From Bacteroidia bacterium (GTDB lineage Bacteria > Bacteroidota > Bacteroidia > Bacteroidales > Dysgonomonadaceae), in NCBI GenBank assembly GCA_030538215.1, contig JAUNUM010000001.1, positions 1-63,461 of the forward strand: DNA of 63,461 bases, read 5' to 3'. The position numbers were made by a program, and so were the translations under genes. Positions 18,915 to 28,655 of the stretch are shown here, piece by piece (position 1 is the stretch's first letter; each line of letters starts with the position of its first letter). The notes beneath the pieces were generated by a model that was not told the DNA's origin, made no database searches, and saw only the letters and a program-made list of their open reading frames with translations.

Positions 18915-20282
18915 ATGGCTAAATTAAAATCAGTATATTTTTGTTCAAGTTGTGGCAACGAATCGCCCAAATGGATGGGGAAATGTCCGTCATGTGGTGA
19001 ATGGGGAACGTTTGTGGAAGAATTGATACGAAAAGATGGTACATCGAAACAAGAAGACACACGCTCATTTCAGGGTGTGAAAAGTCAACCGCTTACACTA
19101 AAAGAAATCCGTGCCGATGAAGAGCCACGCATCGATATGCGGGACGAAGAGCTGAATCGTGTACTGGGTGGCGGATTGGTTCCGGCATCGTTGGTATTGA
19201 TTGGTGGCGAACCGGGAATTGGAAAATCTACGCTCGTGCTGCAAACTATTTTAAAACTTCAAGATATTAAAACGCTCTACGTTTCGGGTGAAGAGAGTGC
19301 ACGACAATTGAAACTTCGTGCCGACCGCATCGGACAACAAAACGATAATTCGCTGATTGTGTGCGAAACCAATCTTGACGAAATTTTCAAACACATCAAA
19401 AACACATCGCCACAACTCGTTATCATCGATTCTATCCAAACTGTTTATAGCGATGTATTGGAGTCGTCGCCCGGAAGTATTTCGCAAGTGCGGGAATGCG
19501 CCGCCTCGATTCTTAAATTTGCGAAGCAATCGGGAACGCCCGTTATTCTTATCGGACACATCACAAAAGACGGTAGCCTTGCCGGACCAAAAATTTTGGA
19601 GCACATTGTGGATGCGGTCATACAATTTGAAGGCGACCAGCACTATATGTATCGCATTTTGCGAAGCATCAAAAACCGATTTGGCAGCACGGCAGAATTG
19701 GGAATTTACGAAATGAACCAATCGGGTTTGCGCGAAGTGAGCAATCCGTCGGAACTGTTGCTCACGCAAAACCACGACGGACTGAGCGGTGTTTCCATCG
19801 CTGCCGCCATCGAGGGCATTCGCCCATTTCTTATTGAAACACAATCGCTTGTAAGCACCGCTGCCTACGGCACACCACAACGTTCCGCCACCGGATTCGA
19901 TATCCGCAGGATGAATATGTTGCTTGCCGTTCTCGAAAAGCGAGCCGGATTTAAATTAGCGCAAAAAGACGTATTTCTGAATATTGCCGGCGGTTTGAGG
20001 GTGAGTGACCCGGGATTGGATTTGTCGGTTATCAGCGCCATTTTATCGTCGAGTTTGGATATCGCCATTGAGCGCGACACGTGTTTGTGCGGCGAAGTAG
20101 GACTTTCGGGTGAAATTCGTCCTGTAAACCGCATCGAACAACGCATTCAGGAAGCCGAAAAATTAGGCTTTTCACGTATTCTTATCCCATCGAACAACTT
20201 GAAAAGTTTTACAAAAAAAGTAAAAATTGAGATTCAACAGGTAAGGAAAGTAAGTGATGCATTTAGGCTATTATTTTCATAA
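18915..20282 (+). CDS. radA: DNA repair protein RadA/Sms
   Basis: N-terminal zinc finger CSSCGNESPKWMGKCPSCGEWG, RecA-like Walker A GGEPGIGKST, and a C-terminal Lon-like domain. Confidence 0.9.
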   Translation: MAKLKSVYFCSSCGNESPKWMGKCPSCGEWGTFVEELIRKDGTSKQEDTRSFQGVKSQPLTLKEIRADEEPRIDMRDEELNRVLGGGLVPASLVLIGGEPGIGKSTLVLQTILKLQDIKTLYVSGEESARQLKLRADRIGQQNDNSLIVCETNLDEIFKHIKNTSPQLVIIDSIQTVYSDVLESSPGSISQVRECAASILKFAKQSGTPVILIGHITKDGSLAGPKILEHIVDAVIQFEGDQHYMYRILRSIKNRFGSTAELGIYEMNQSGLREVSNPSELLLTQNHDGLSGVSIAAAIEGIRPFLIETQSLVSTAAYGTPQRSATGFDIRRMNMLLAVLEKRAGFKLAQKDVFLNIAGGLRVSDPGLDLSVISAILSSSLDIAIERDTCLCGEVGLSGEIRPVNRIEQRIQEAEKLGFSRILIPSNNLKSFTKKVKIEIQQVRKVSDAFRLLFS

Positions 20283-20320
20283 TTAGTTGTTAGAGGTTTT
20301 GTTCTCAAAAATAAATATAT

Positions 20321-20328
20321 TATCTTTG
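20321..20328 (+). promoter_or_regulatory. candidate promoter for tRNA-Cys (-7 TATCTTTG with TTTG at 20298-20301)
   Basis: TAnnTTTG lies 20 bp upstream of tRNA position 1, with a TTTG about 20 bp further upstream. Confidence 0.45.
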
Positions 20329-20347
20329 CACTCTGTTAATGCAAAAT

Positions 20348-20418
20348 GGTACCTTGACCGAGTGGCTAGGTAGCGGTCTGCAAAACCGTCAACGGCAGTT
20401 CGAATCTGCCAGGTACCT
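20348..20418 (+). tRNA. tRNA-Cys (GCA)
   Basis: A cloverleaf folds by hand: acceptor GGTACCT/AGGTACC, anticodon arm GCGGT-CTGCAAA-ACCGT (anticodon GCA), T-arm GGCAG-TTCGAAT-CTGCC. It is closely similar to E. coli tRNA-Cys. Confidence 0.8.
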
Positions 20419-20423
20419 CAATA

Positions 20424-20460
20424 AAAAAGTCCGAACATTTCATCTTGTTCGGACTTTTTC
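20424..20460. terminator. bidirectional rho-independent terminator
   Basis: aaaaagtccgaaca-tttcatct-tgttcggacttttt: a 14-bp stem with an A-run on one side and a T-run on the other. Confidence 0.65.
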
Positions 20461-20480
20461 ATTTATATAGTTTCTTATTC

Positions 20481-21635
20481 TTATAACCCTTTAATTACCA
20501 GTAACGGTGTATCGGAATGGAAAAGCATTCTACGTGCGATTCCCGGATTGAAAATTCGGGCAAACAATCCTCTTCTTGAGCTTGACATGGCAATCATATC
20601 TATTTTATTCTCTTTTACAAACTCGTCGAGTATAAGTTCCAACGGTTTATCGCGATCAATAACTTTATAGTCGATATCAAGGTCGGGATATTGTTCCTCC
20701 AAGTACTTTTGAGTTCCCGACAGCTTAATTTCATCCCACACATCTTCTTTTTTCGCCATATGGGCCAAGTAAATCTTTATAGGATACGGCTTTATGAAAC
20801 TCATCATAATATCAAAAGCTTTAAACTCGCGTTCTCTGAAATTGGTAAGGAAAAGGATACTCTTCATCTGAGAAATATCCTGATCTTTTGAGTTTTCGGG
20901 AATAGCAAAAATAGGTGTTCTGGAGCCATCAATAACTTCCGCTGTAACGCTACCAATCAGATCCAAGTCTTTCGCATTACTTCCTCTTGTTCCCATTACA
21001 ATGGCGCGTGGACGTTGCTTTTTGGAGTAAGAAGTAATTTCTTCTTCGGGTAAACCTTCCATCAAAACATGCGTGAACTTCACATCGGGAAATTCTTTAT
21101 TGGCAATTCTATCGTTAATTTTTTTGACCAACGCATCCATCTCCAACTCCATTTTTGTTTTGATATCTTTATAAAGATCCTTATCGGTAGATTGAACCGC
21201 AAAAGAATCACCAAAAGGTATCGCCATGGGATAATATGGAGTAAAAAAAGCATGAATAAGTTTCACATCACAACCGGTATCAAAGGCGAGATTGAAACCA
21301 AATTCACAAGTTTTCATCGTATAATTTGAGAAATCAACCGGAATTAATACTTCATTTTTGCCTTTTACTTTATCTAAATCATCCAAAGACTCTACGTTGG
21401 ATGTAAAATCTACCTGTTCAATAATGGTCAGCGCTCTTGGCAAGTCACTTTCGTTTATCCTCACGCGTACGTTTCCGGGCACCGAGGGTTGAATAATGCT
21501 CACGCCATGAATAACAGCCGGAATTCCTTCCGATTCGAGTATTGATTTGAGAATTACGGCTTTTTCGTATGAGTGAATAGCAACGGTTACAAGTTTCTGC
21601 TCTATATTATCTGGTTTTTTATCGTCTTTTTTCAT
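20481..21635 (-). CDS. universal stress protein family protein (tandem UspA domains with an extra N-terminal domain)
   Basis: Two Usp-like alpha/beta segments (…AIVMGTRGS…, …IDMIAMSSSRRGLFARIFNPG…). Confidence 0.65.
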   Translation of the reverse strand: MKKDDKKPDNIEQKLVTVAIHSYEKAVILKSILESEGIPAVIHGVSIIQPSVPGNVRVRINESDLPRALTIIEQVDFTSNVESLDDLDKVKGKNEVLIPVDFSNYTMKTCEFGFNLAFDTGCDVKLIHAFFTPYYPMAIPFGDSFAVQSTDKDLYKDIKTKMELEMDALVKKINDRIANKEFPDVKFTHVLMEGLPEEEITSYSKKQRPRAIVMGTRGSNAKDLDLIGSVTAEVIDGSRTPIFAIPENSKDQDISQMKSILFLTNFREREFKAFDIMMSFIKPYPIKIYLAHMAKKEDVWDEIKLSGTQKYLEEQYPDLDIDYKVIDRDKPLELILDEFVKENKIDMIAMSSSRRGLFARIFNPGIARRMLFHSDTPLLVIKGL

Positions 21636-21729
21636 GTTTTTATCGTTAAAATAGTTTTCAAAAAATTAAAAGAAAAAACCCAATATTTGCCTTTACTCAT
21701 CAAATATTGGGTTCTTCTCTCAAAACAGC

Positions 21730-22026
21730 TTAAACTTTATCCTCTTCCTCAACAGGTTCTGTTTGATAAACAGGATAATCTTCAAGTCCCAATATTGATA
21801 ACGCTTTATCGAATATAGTAGAATCATCCAGAACAACTATGCCACCATCAGGTCCGGGTTCGATATGCACGCCGATGCTTTTACCTTCTTTATAATTGTA
21901 TCCGCCAAAATAGTTTCTTACGGTTTCGGGTTTTAATCCCAATTCTTCTGCTATTCGGTGGATACTACCGTCAGGGAGCTTGTCTTTCAATGCTCTTAAT
22001 TCGTTAAATGTGAGAGTTCTTGCCAT
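21730..22026 (-). CDS. small putative DNA-binding protein (hypothetical)
   Basis: HTH-like segment IHRIAEELGLKPETVRNYF; no other recognisable motif. Confidence 0.35.
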   Translation of the reverse strand: MARTLTFNELRALKDKLPDGSIHRIAEELGLKPETVRNYFGGYNYKEGKSIGVHIEPGPDGGIVVLDDSTIFDKALSILGLEDYPVYQTEPVEEEDKV

Positions 22027-22157
22027 GGTTCTTTAATTTTTATGATTGATAAATTTCGTTAGTAAATTATGCCATAAACTTACTCAATATTTCAGATAAT
22101 GCCAATTATTTCATCAAAATAATTACGAAAATGTTGCTTTTATCTTTTAAACAAACT

Positions 22158-22898
22158 TCAATGAGGTAAAGTTGCTAAAAAAGAACTAAAAATTACAATT
22201 AAAACCATATAAGCGGACATAACAATACCAACAAATTTACCATGTTGTTCGGAGTAAGGAGAGAGCAGTTTTCTATCGGAACGCGAAATTTGAAAAAATC
22301 GGTGACGAATCCACGAATAAATAACATACATGAGCCACCCGAGCAATGAACCGACAACTATTCCCGTAGCCACATCCGACACGAAGTGTACTCCAAGATA
22401 AATGCGAGAATAGCTGTTGAGCGCTGCCCATACCAAAACGGGAATGGTAACCCATCGGTTTCGGAAAACAAGCGACATAAATACCGCAATACCAAAACTA
22501 TTGGTAGCGTGTCCGGAAATAAAACTGTAGCCTCCGCCACGATAATCGCGAACAATATCTACCAAATCTTGAAAATCGGGATGATGTGTGGGACGTGGGC
22601 GTTGGAAATATTCCTTGATTATGGACGATGAAACCTGATCGCACACCGTAATTACTAAAGCAAAAAATATCAGCGTTAAAATTCCTTCTTTTGGCTTGCT
22701 TTTATAAAAGAACATTATTGCTAAAAACAGCAATAAAAGTACCCAAATATATCTGCCGGTAAATGTCCAGAAGATATTGTCTAAGAAAACGGATTCGCTT
22801 CCGTTCAAGAAAAAGAATAAATCTCGTTCTACAGGTAATAAGTTTTCTACAGCTTCTTTCATATTTGTTTGTGTTAAAATTTTGCTAAAAAATGGCAA
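22158..22898 (-). CDS. PAP2 family phosphatase (undecaprenyl-diphosphatase-like)
   Basis: PAP2 motifs KEYFQRPRP, SFISGHAT and SRIYLGVHFVSDV. Confidence 0.8.
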   Translation of the reverse strand: MPFFSKILTQTNMKEAVENLLPVERDLFFFLNGSESVFLDNIFWTFTGRYIWVLLLLFLAIMFFYKSKPKEGILTLIFFALVITVCDQVSSSIIKEYFQRPRPTHHPDFQDLVDIVRDYRGGGYSFISGHATNSFGIAVFMSLVFRNRWVTIPVLVWAALNSYSRIYLGVHFVSDVATGIVVGSLLGWLMYVIYSWIRHRFFQISRSDRKLLSPYSEQHGKFVGIVMSAYMVLIVIFSSFLATLPH

Positions 22899-22989
22899 CT
22901 GTAACTTGCTTCTTTTTATTTATCGAAAGATCAAAAAATTGAATAAAACGACTAAGCATCAACTAAATAACCTTTATAAGGTAAACTTC

Positions 22990-23754
22990 TTATATGATTT
23001 CAACGTTTTCTTTCGATGTCCAACCTACACTGCCGTTGGCAATTTCAATTTCAATCCAGTTTCCATCGGTTTTGTTGAGTTTTACTTTAGTTCCTTCGTG
23101 CAGACGGAAAAGTTCCTGACTGTTGGCATCGGGCGATGTCATTATGGATGTCGATGCTGCCATAATAATACCCGTGTTACGGTTGATACGACTATTTTTC
23201 TGACTGAAAGCAAACATGTTGGCAATAATCAAAAAAACAAAAATTACAATAGCGGCATAAAACGTCGTTTTCTTAATCCACATTCTTCTAACGAAAAGAA
23301 AAGTGGCAATACAAACCAAAAAAGCAATAAAAAATGCAATAGCAATACTTGCCCAAGTATTTGAACTAAATAGATTTTTAAGACCATTTATCCAGTTTGT
23401 TAAGAAAAAACTATCGGAAGTGTCTATTTTATCTTCAATGCGAGTACGGGCAAAACGCAGGTTGTGCCGAATATCGCTGTCGCCGGGATTGAGCAGCAGC
23501 GCCCGTTCGTAATTCAAAATAGCTTTTGCCGTTTCTCCGTTTCTGAAATAAGCATTGCCGAGATTATAGTATATCTCCGCTGATTCCTTTCCTTCCGAAA
23601 TTTGCTGGGCCACTACCTGCTCGTACAGTTGAATACTTTTTTTGTAATCTTCACTCCGATAGGCTTCGGAAGCCGACCCAACCGTGCTTTGTGCGAAAGA
23701 CAAAGTAGTGCAAAAAAGCAAAACAAGAACAGATATGTATTTGAATATTTTCAT
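22990..23754 (-). CDS. batE: BatE-like protein (TPR repeats, transmembrane helix, C-terminal SH3b domain)
   Basis: TPR motifs, then a TM segment, then GNWIEIEIANGSVGWTSKENVEII (SH3_3-like). Last gene of the bat cluster. Confidence 0.6.
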   Translation of the reverse strand: MKIFKYISVLVLLFCTTLSFAQSTVGSASEAYRSEDYKKSIQLYEQVVAQQISEGKESAEIYYNLGNAYFRNGETAKAILNYERALLLNPGDSDIRHNLRFARTRIEDKIDTSDSFFLTNWINGLKNLFSSNTWASIAIAFFIAFLVCIATFLFVRRMWIKKTTFYAAIVIFVFLIIANMFAFSQKNSRINRNTGIIMAASTSIMTSPDANSQELFRLHEGTKVKLNKTDGNWIEIEIANGSVGWTSKENVEII

Positions 23755-23804
23755 ATTAAGTTAATTATGTTGAAAATGATCGCCGTTCCAAAAACAGTTT
23801 ACAA

Positions 23805-23862
23805 CGTTACGAGTTACGAACTTATCAACCGCTAATTATGCATTATGAACTATGCATTATGA
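23805..23862. repeat. tandem repeats in the batD-batE intergenic region (GTTACGA x2, then a 12-mer ATGCATTATGAA x2)
   Basis: gttacgagttacgaac … atgcattatgaact atgcattatgaatt. Confidence 0.6.
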
Positions 23863-23863
23863 A

Positions 23864-25702
23864 TTATTTTCTTTTTAGCTTACTTTCCATTTCGCCAATG
23901 GCATCAATAGTTTCGTTATACAGCTTATCCATAGCGGCATCGCTTTCTGCAGGCGCGTAGCGCGCAAACTCGCATGTGTTGAGAATTTGCATGAACTTGC
24001 CGATTAACTCATTACCGATTCCGTAGTCGGACAACTCTTTTTCGATATTATCCTTTGTCAGATTTGCTACCGGAATAGACAGCTTATCGCTGAAATAGCC
24101 CCAAAGTGCGCGCAAGACTTCGTCGTAGAAACGCTCTTTATTGTGTACTTTCAGATACTTTTCCGCCACCTTCAGCCTTCTGATAGCCATTTTGTTTGCC
24201 TTTTTGGTTCTCATCAGTGCTACATTGGCATTTTCTTTAGCAATCTTCCGGTTGAAGACATAAAGAATAATCAACACTATAAGAGGAATCAAATGCCACA
24301 ACCAATACCCAAGCGATCCGACAAAAAAGTTGTTCTTGTACTGATATTGCGGTTCCTCGGTTTTTAGAAATCGAATATCTTGTTCAATCTTAACGTTTTG
24401 TTGATTCACATAACTGCTTGCCGATGCTTTACTGGGATCACCTTTGGCGATTTGCAAATTATATTCAGATGAATTTAATGTTTTGTAAGTGTTGGTATTC
24501 AAATCGAAATAGGTAAACTCGATGGCGGGAATGTTATAATTTCCTTCGTATCGCGGAATAGCCAGGTATTCAATTTTTCGTGATCCGGTCAAGCCGTTTG
24601 TGGTAACCTGAAAATTGTTGTTTACCGTGGGATCGTAAACTTCGAAATTGGTTGGAAATTTAATCTCGGGATTCTGGATAAGTTTTAGATTTCCTGTTCC
24701 CGAGATATCGACAGAGACGGTAATCGGCTCGTTTGCACGGGTTTGCTGTGTGCTGATGGATGGGGTAAAAGTAAATGTTCCCACCGCGTTGGAGAAGTTT
24801 GCCGGTTTCCCTTCGGGCAATGGCTTCACATTAATCGTCAATGGATTTGTAACCAATGCTTTTTTCACATCGGCCATCACTTCCTGTGTGCCAAAGAAAG
24901 TAGAAACTCTTTTTCCGGATGGAACCGAAAACACCATTTCCAAACGCCCTGACGGAATAGTTATTTTTCCCGATCGTTGCGGAAACAACAGCGTTTTTTT
25001 CAAATCGGCTGTATAATAATTCCGTCCGTTGTAACGCTCCATCTGGAGTTGCTGATTCGATGCAATGGTCACTTCTTCCACCATAAATCCCTCGAATTCG
25101 GGGAACTCGATTTTGCCCAAATCGGTAATGTTCAATGTGGTGTACAATCTGAAAGTTACCGTAAAACCTTCCTGTTCAAACACATTATTTTTTGAAACGA
25201 TAGCACGAATAAAAGCATCGTTAGCACTAACGGTTGCACTTGGCGCGGATGCGGAACCCTGATCAGAACTGCCCGAACTTCCACCTTGACGGTTTTCAGC
25301 CGCTTTATCGGGTGGAAGAACCTTTACTGTAAGTGAATTGGAGCGGTAGTTGCCGCCATCTACGGTAATGGAAGCCGGCTCGATGGTGAAAGTGCCTTCT
25401 TCGGGGGCAACCAGAATGTAAGTGTAGGTAACAGAACTTTCCGATGTGGTTTTACCGTTTACGGTTTGCTGGCTGAAACTGCGCGATGTGGACGGCCCAA
25501 AAAGGACATCGAAACCTTTTAAATCCGGCAAACGAAGATCCTTCCCTTCCTGATTAAGCGTATAACTCAACCGGAACTGCTCTCCTTTCACCACCCCATT
25601 AGGTGCCGATGCACGGAAAGTAACCTGCGCCTGAAGCACGGCCGTTCCGGCCAAAAGTAAGACAAGGAAAAGAAATTTATATATATTATTTTTAATGTTC
25701 AT
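23864..25702 (-). CDS. batD: BatD-like oxygen-tolerance protein
   Basis: Signal peptide, large extracytoplasmic domain, one C-proximal TM helix, and position within the bat cluster. Confidence 0.6.
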   Translation of the reverse strand: MNIKNNIYKFLFLVLLLAGTAVLQAQVTFRASAPNGVVKGEQFRLSYTLNQEGKDLRLPDLKGFDVLFGPSTSRSFSQQTVNGKTTSESSVTYTYILVAPEEGTFTIEPASITVDGGNYRSNSLTVKVLPPDKAAENRQGGSSGSSDQGSASAPSATVSANDAFIRAIVSKNNVFEQEGFTVTFRLYTTLNITDLGKIEFPEFEGFMVEEVTIASNQQLQMERYNGRNYYTADLKKTLLFPQRSGKITIPSGRLEMVFSVPSGKRVSTFFGTQEVMADVKKALVTNPLTINVKPLPEGKPANFSNAVGTFTFTPSISTQQTRANEPITVSVDISGTGNLKLIQNPEIKFPTNFEVYDPTVNNNFQVTTNGLTGSRKIEYLAIPRYEGNYNIPAIEFTYFDLNTNTYKTLNSSEYNLQIAKGDPSKASASSYVNQQNVKIEQDIRFLKTEEPQYQYKNNFFVGSLGYWLWHLIPLIVLIILYVFNRKIAKENANVALMRTKKANKMAIRRLKVAEKYLKVHNKERFYDEVLRALWGYFSDKLSIPVANLTKDNIEKELSDYGIGNELIGKFMQILNTCEFARYAPAESDAAMDKLYNETIDAIGEMESKLKRK

Positions 25703-25743
25703 TTCTAATTTTATAGATATTCAGTTGTAACTCAATTGATATT

Positions 25744-25823
25744 CGATTGTAATTCGGTTGTTTTGTTGAATATTTTACCTCCGCAACGAATTACCATTGA
25801 ATTACGCGAAGCGAATTACGATT
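25744..25823. repeat. GTAATTC … GAATTAC x3 inverted/direct repeat cluster in the batC-batD intergenic region
   Basis: cgattgtaattcgg … cgaattacc attgaattacg cgaagcgaattacgattg. Confidence 0.55.
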
Positions 25824-25828
25824 GTATG

Positions 25829-26533
25829 CTACCAATCTCTGTTTCTCCGCCTGTTATCATCCGCTTTTTGTTTCCGTTCCTCCGCTTTTATCTTGTTCAC
25901 TTTCTCCTGCGTTTCACGCTCATCCTGCTCAATGGCCTGCAACAACTGGCGGGCATTATCGCGCGACATCTGCTCGGGCTCCTGCGGTTCTTCGGGTTTC
26001 TGCGGCTTATCATCCTGGTTTTGCGGCTGCTGTTGCTGATTTGGATCTTGTTGCTGGTCTTGCTGATCCTGCTGTTGTTCCTGTTCCTTGTCCTGGATCA
26101 TTTTCTGAACAACCGCCAGGTTATACCGCGTTTCATCGTCTTCCGGGTTTATACGGAGAGCATTTTTGTAGGCTTCCATCGATTTTTCGAGTTCTTTTTT
26201 TTGCAACAAGGAATTCCCGATATTGTGCCAGGCAGCCGACATTCTGTTCGGATTTTCCTTTTCCAAAGCCAGAAACTGATTGTATGACTCCAGCGATTTA
26301 TCCCATTCTTTTTGCCGATAAAGCGTATTTCCAGTATTGTAATTAGCTTCTGACGACGACGGATTTTCGGTCAACGCATTGTTATAGAACGTAAACGCTT
26401 CCGAAAACTTTTGCTGCTGATAAGCCTTATTGCCTTTCCGAACGTTTTTCCGCACATCTTTTTGTGCCGATAACGATGCCGAAAAAGCAATCATCAACAA
26501 TAACAAACTATATTTCAATATGTTTAATCTCAT
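25829..26533 (-). CDS. batC: BatC-like TPR protein with a Q/E/D-rich low-complexity C-terminus
   Basis: Signal peptide, TPR repeats, and a C-terminal QDKEQEQQQDQQDQQQDPNQQQQ tract. Confidence 0.6.
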   Translation of the reverse strand: MRLNILKYSLLLLMIAFSASLSAQKDVRKNVRKGNKAYQQQKFSEAFTFYNNALTENPSSSEANYNTGNTLYRQKEWDKSLESYNQFLALEKENPNRMSAAWHNIGNSLLQKKELEKSMEAYKNALRINPEDDETRYNLAVVQKMIQDKEQEQQQDQQDQQQDPNQQQQPQNQDDKPQKPEEPQEPEQMSRDNARQLLQAIEQDERETQEKVNKIKAEERKQKADDNRRRNRDW

Positions 26534-27552
26534 TTGAACAAACGAATGTTTTTAAACAACGGATTTTTCTTTTCGTAAATCAAAAATTCGATAATCAGGA
26601 TAATCAACAATATCCAGGCAAAGAAAGGAAATTTCTCGTCGTATTCCGAATAAGAAAGGCTGGTTGTTTTTTTAGTTTCCAACTCATTTAGTTCCGCTTC
26701 CAACGCCCGGATAGCGGTATTGGAGTTATCTGCCTGAACATATAAACCTTTACCGTTTTGAGCGATTTCCTGTGCCATTTGCTCGTTGAGCCGCGAAACA
26801 ACTACTTGTCCGCCACTATCTGTTTTGTAATTATTGCTGTAGTCCGATTCCGGTACAGGTGTTCCTTCTAGCGAACCGATTCCGATTACGTTTACCATTA
26901 TTCCGGCATCGGAAGCTTGTTTGGCAGCTTCATTGGCATTGCCTTCGTGGTCTTCACCGTCGGTAATGATAATCATCGCTTTATCCACATCCTGGTCGCT
27001 TGAAAAAGAGTTTACTCCCAACGTGATGGCTTCGCCAATAGCCGTTCCCTGCACCGGCACCAGACTGGGGTCGATGGTATTCAAAAACAACTTTGCCGAT
27101 TGTGTATCGGAAGTCAGCGGCATTTGCACATAAGCTTCTCCGGCAAACACAATGAGAGCTACTTTGTCGTTCTTGCGAACATCTATAATCCGTGACAAAA
27201 TCTGTTTTGCCCGGGCTAATCTGTCTGGAGAAATGTCCCGAGCAAGCATCGAGTTAGAAACGTCAATTGCAATTACCAGTTCTATTCCTTCACGCTCTAC
27301 ATTTTCAACTTTTGTGCCGAATTGCGGTCGTGCAATCATAATAATTCCCGTGCAAAGAGCGGCAAAAATCAACCAGAATTTCAGATACGAACGTTTGAGC
27401 GACAACTCGGGCATCATTTTCTTGATGGTCGAGAGCACACCAAGCTTCTTCACATCGTTTCGTTTTCTGATGTTCAGATAAATGTAAAGCGCCACCAAAA
27501 AAGGCATGGCGATAAACAAATACAAATATTCCGGATTTTCGAATCTAAACAT
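26530..27552 (-). CDS. batB: BatB-like von Willebrand factor A domain protein
   Basis: N-terminal TM helices and a vWA domain with the MIDAS motif DVSNSM; the stop overlaps the batC start. Confidence 0.7.
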   Translation of the reverse strand: MFRFENPEYLYLFIAMPFLVALYIYLNIRKRNDVKKLGVLSTIKKMMPELSLKRSYLKFWLIFAALCTGIIMIARPQFGTKVENVEREGIELVIAIDVSNSMLARDISPDRLARAKQILSRIIDVRKNDKVALIVFAGEAYVQMPLTSDTQSAKLFLNTIDPSLVPVQGTAIGEAITLGVNSFSSDQDVDKAMIIITDGEDHEGNANEAAKQASDAGIMVNVIGIGSLEGTPVPESDYSNNYKTDSGGQVVVSRLNEQMAQEIAQNGKGLYVQADNSNTAIRALEAELNELETKKTTSLSYSEYDEKFPFFAWILLIILIIEFLIYEKKNPLFKNIRLFK

Positions 27553-27606
27553 TTTCTTTTTAGCTTTTGGCTTTTAGCAATTAGCTATTTGCCAACTCAT
27601 AACTCC
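27553..27606 (-). repeat. 7-bp periodic repeat array filling the batA-batB intergenic region, abutting the batB start
   Basis: In the coding direction: GTTGGCA AATAGCT AATTGCT AAAAGCC AAAAGCT AAAAAGAAA ATG. Confidence 0.6.
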
Positions 27607-28590
27607 TTACGGTATATTCCTCAACCACGTTCTTCTCAAAATCAACTCCAACAGAATCAATCCCAACGCGAGCAGCGCGAAAGGCATGAATAACTCCTGT
27701 TTTCGGGTAACATTTTGCACGTTGATAAGGTATTTCTCCAGTTCATCAATTTCGTTGTATATATTGCTCAAACTTTCGTTGTCTTCGGCGCGGAAATATT
27801 TTCCTCCGGTAAGTGATGCAATTTCCGTGAGCGTTTTTTCGTCGATATCCACCGGCATATTTTGCAAACGCATTCCGAACGGAGTTTGTACCGGTGTTGG
27901 CGCCATTCCTTTTGTTCCGGCACCGATGGTGTAAACCCTGATTCCGTAACTTTGCGCTAAATCGGCAGCCGTAAGCGGCGCAATTTGTCCGCGGTTATTC
28001 GAGCCGTCTGTCAGCAAAATCACCACTTTCGATTTGGATTCACTGTCTTTCAATCGGTTTACGGCATTTGCCAAGCCCAAACCGATAGCCGTTCCGTCTT
28101 CAATAAGCCCGAAATCGATACCGTTCAACAGATTAAGCAATACTTTGTGGTCTGTTGTCATCGGGCATTGCGTAAAACTTTCGCCGGCAAAAATAACCAA
28201 TCCGATGTTATCGTTTTTACGATCTGTTATAAATTCGGCAGCTACTTTCTTGGCAGCTTCCAATCGATTGGGTTGCAAATCCTGTGCCAGCATCGAACCC
28301 GATACGTCAAGCGCCAGTACAATATCGATCCCTTGCGTTTCAGACTCTTCCCAGCTATCAATCGCCTGCGGACGGGCAATAACGACGATAAGCAGCGCCA
28401 ACGCAATCATCCTTAACGCAAAAGGAAGATGGCGCAAGTATGTTTTAAATCCTCTGTTTTTCCCGCTGAAAGCGTTGGTGGAAGCCAACTTGAGCGATGC
28501 CTGCATTTTGGACATACGAATGATGTACCACGCGATAAGCGGCGCAAGTATCAACAGCAGATAGAGATATGTAGGGTTGGCGAATTGCAT
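27607..28590 (-). CDS. batA: BatA-like von Willebrand factor A domain protein
   Basis: TM helices and a vWA domain with the MIDAS motif DVSGSM. Confidence 0.7.
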   Translation of the reverse strand: MQFANPTYLYLLLILAPLIAWYIIRMSKMQASLKLASTNAFSGKNRGFKTYLRHLPFALRMIALALLIVVIARPQAIDSWEESETQGIDIVLALDVSGSMLAQDLQPNRLEAAKKVAAEFITDRKNDNIGLVIFAGESFTQCPMTTDHKVLLNLLNGIDFGLIEDGTAIGLGLANAVNRLKDSESKSKVVILLTDGSNNRGQIAPLTAADLAQSYGIRVYTIGAGTKGMAPTPVQTPFGMRLQNMPVDIDEKTLTEIASLTGGKYFRAEDNESLSNIYNEIDELEKYLINVQNVTRKQELFMPFALLALGLILLELILRRTWLRNIP

Positions 28591-28655
28591 TTGTTAGTGT
28601 TGGGCATTGGGCGTAGAGCTTTGGGTTACACCCTTGAGCCATTTGTAATTTGTAA
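28591..28655 (-). repeat. 7-bp periodic repeat array filling the intergenic region upstream of batA
   Basis: In the coding direction: TACTAAT TACTAAT TACAAAT TACAAAT GGCTCAA … GCTCTAC GCCCAAT GCCCAAC ACTAACAA ATG. Confidence 0.6.

Noticed and set aside
22777-23364. 195-aa plus-strand ORF overlapping the PAP2 start and the batE end
   Set aside because: Antisense to two supported genes with no motifs; an AT-rich shadow ORF.
25736-26346. Plus-strand ORFs of 183, 174 and 80 aa overlapping batC
   Set aside because: They are antisense or alternate-frame readings of the repetitive Q/E/D-rich batC 3' region and translate to low-complexity L/F-rich strings. The batC frame has TPR motifs and operon context.
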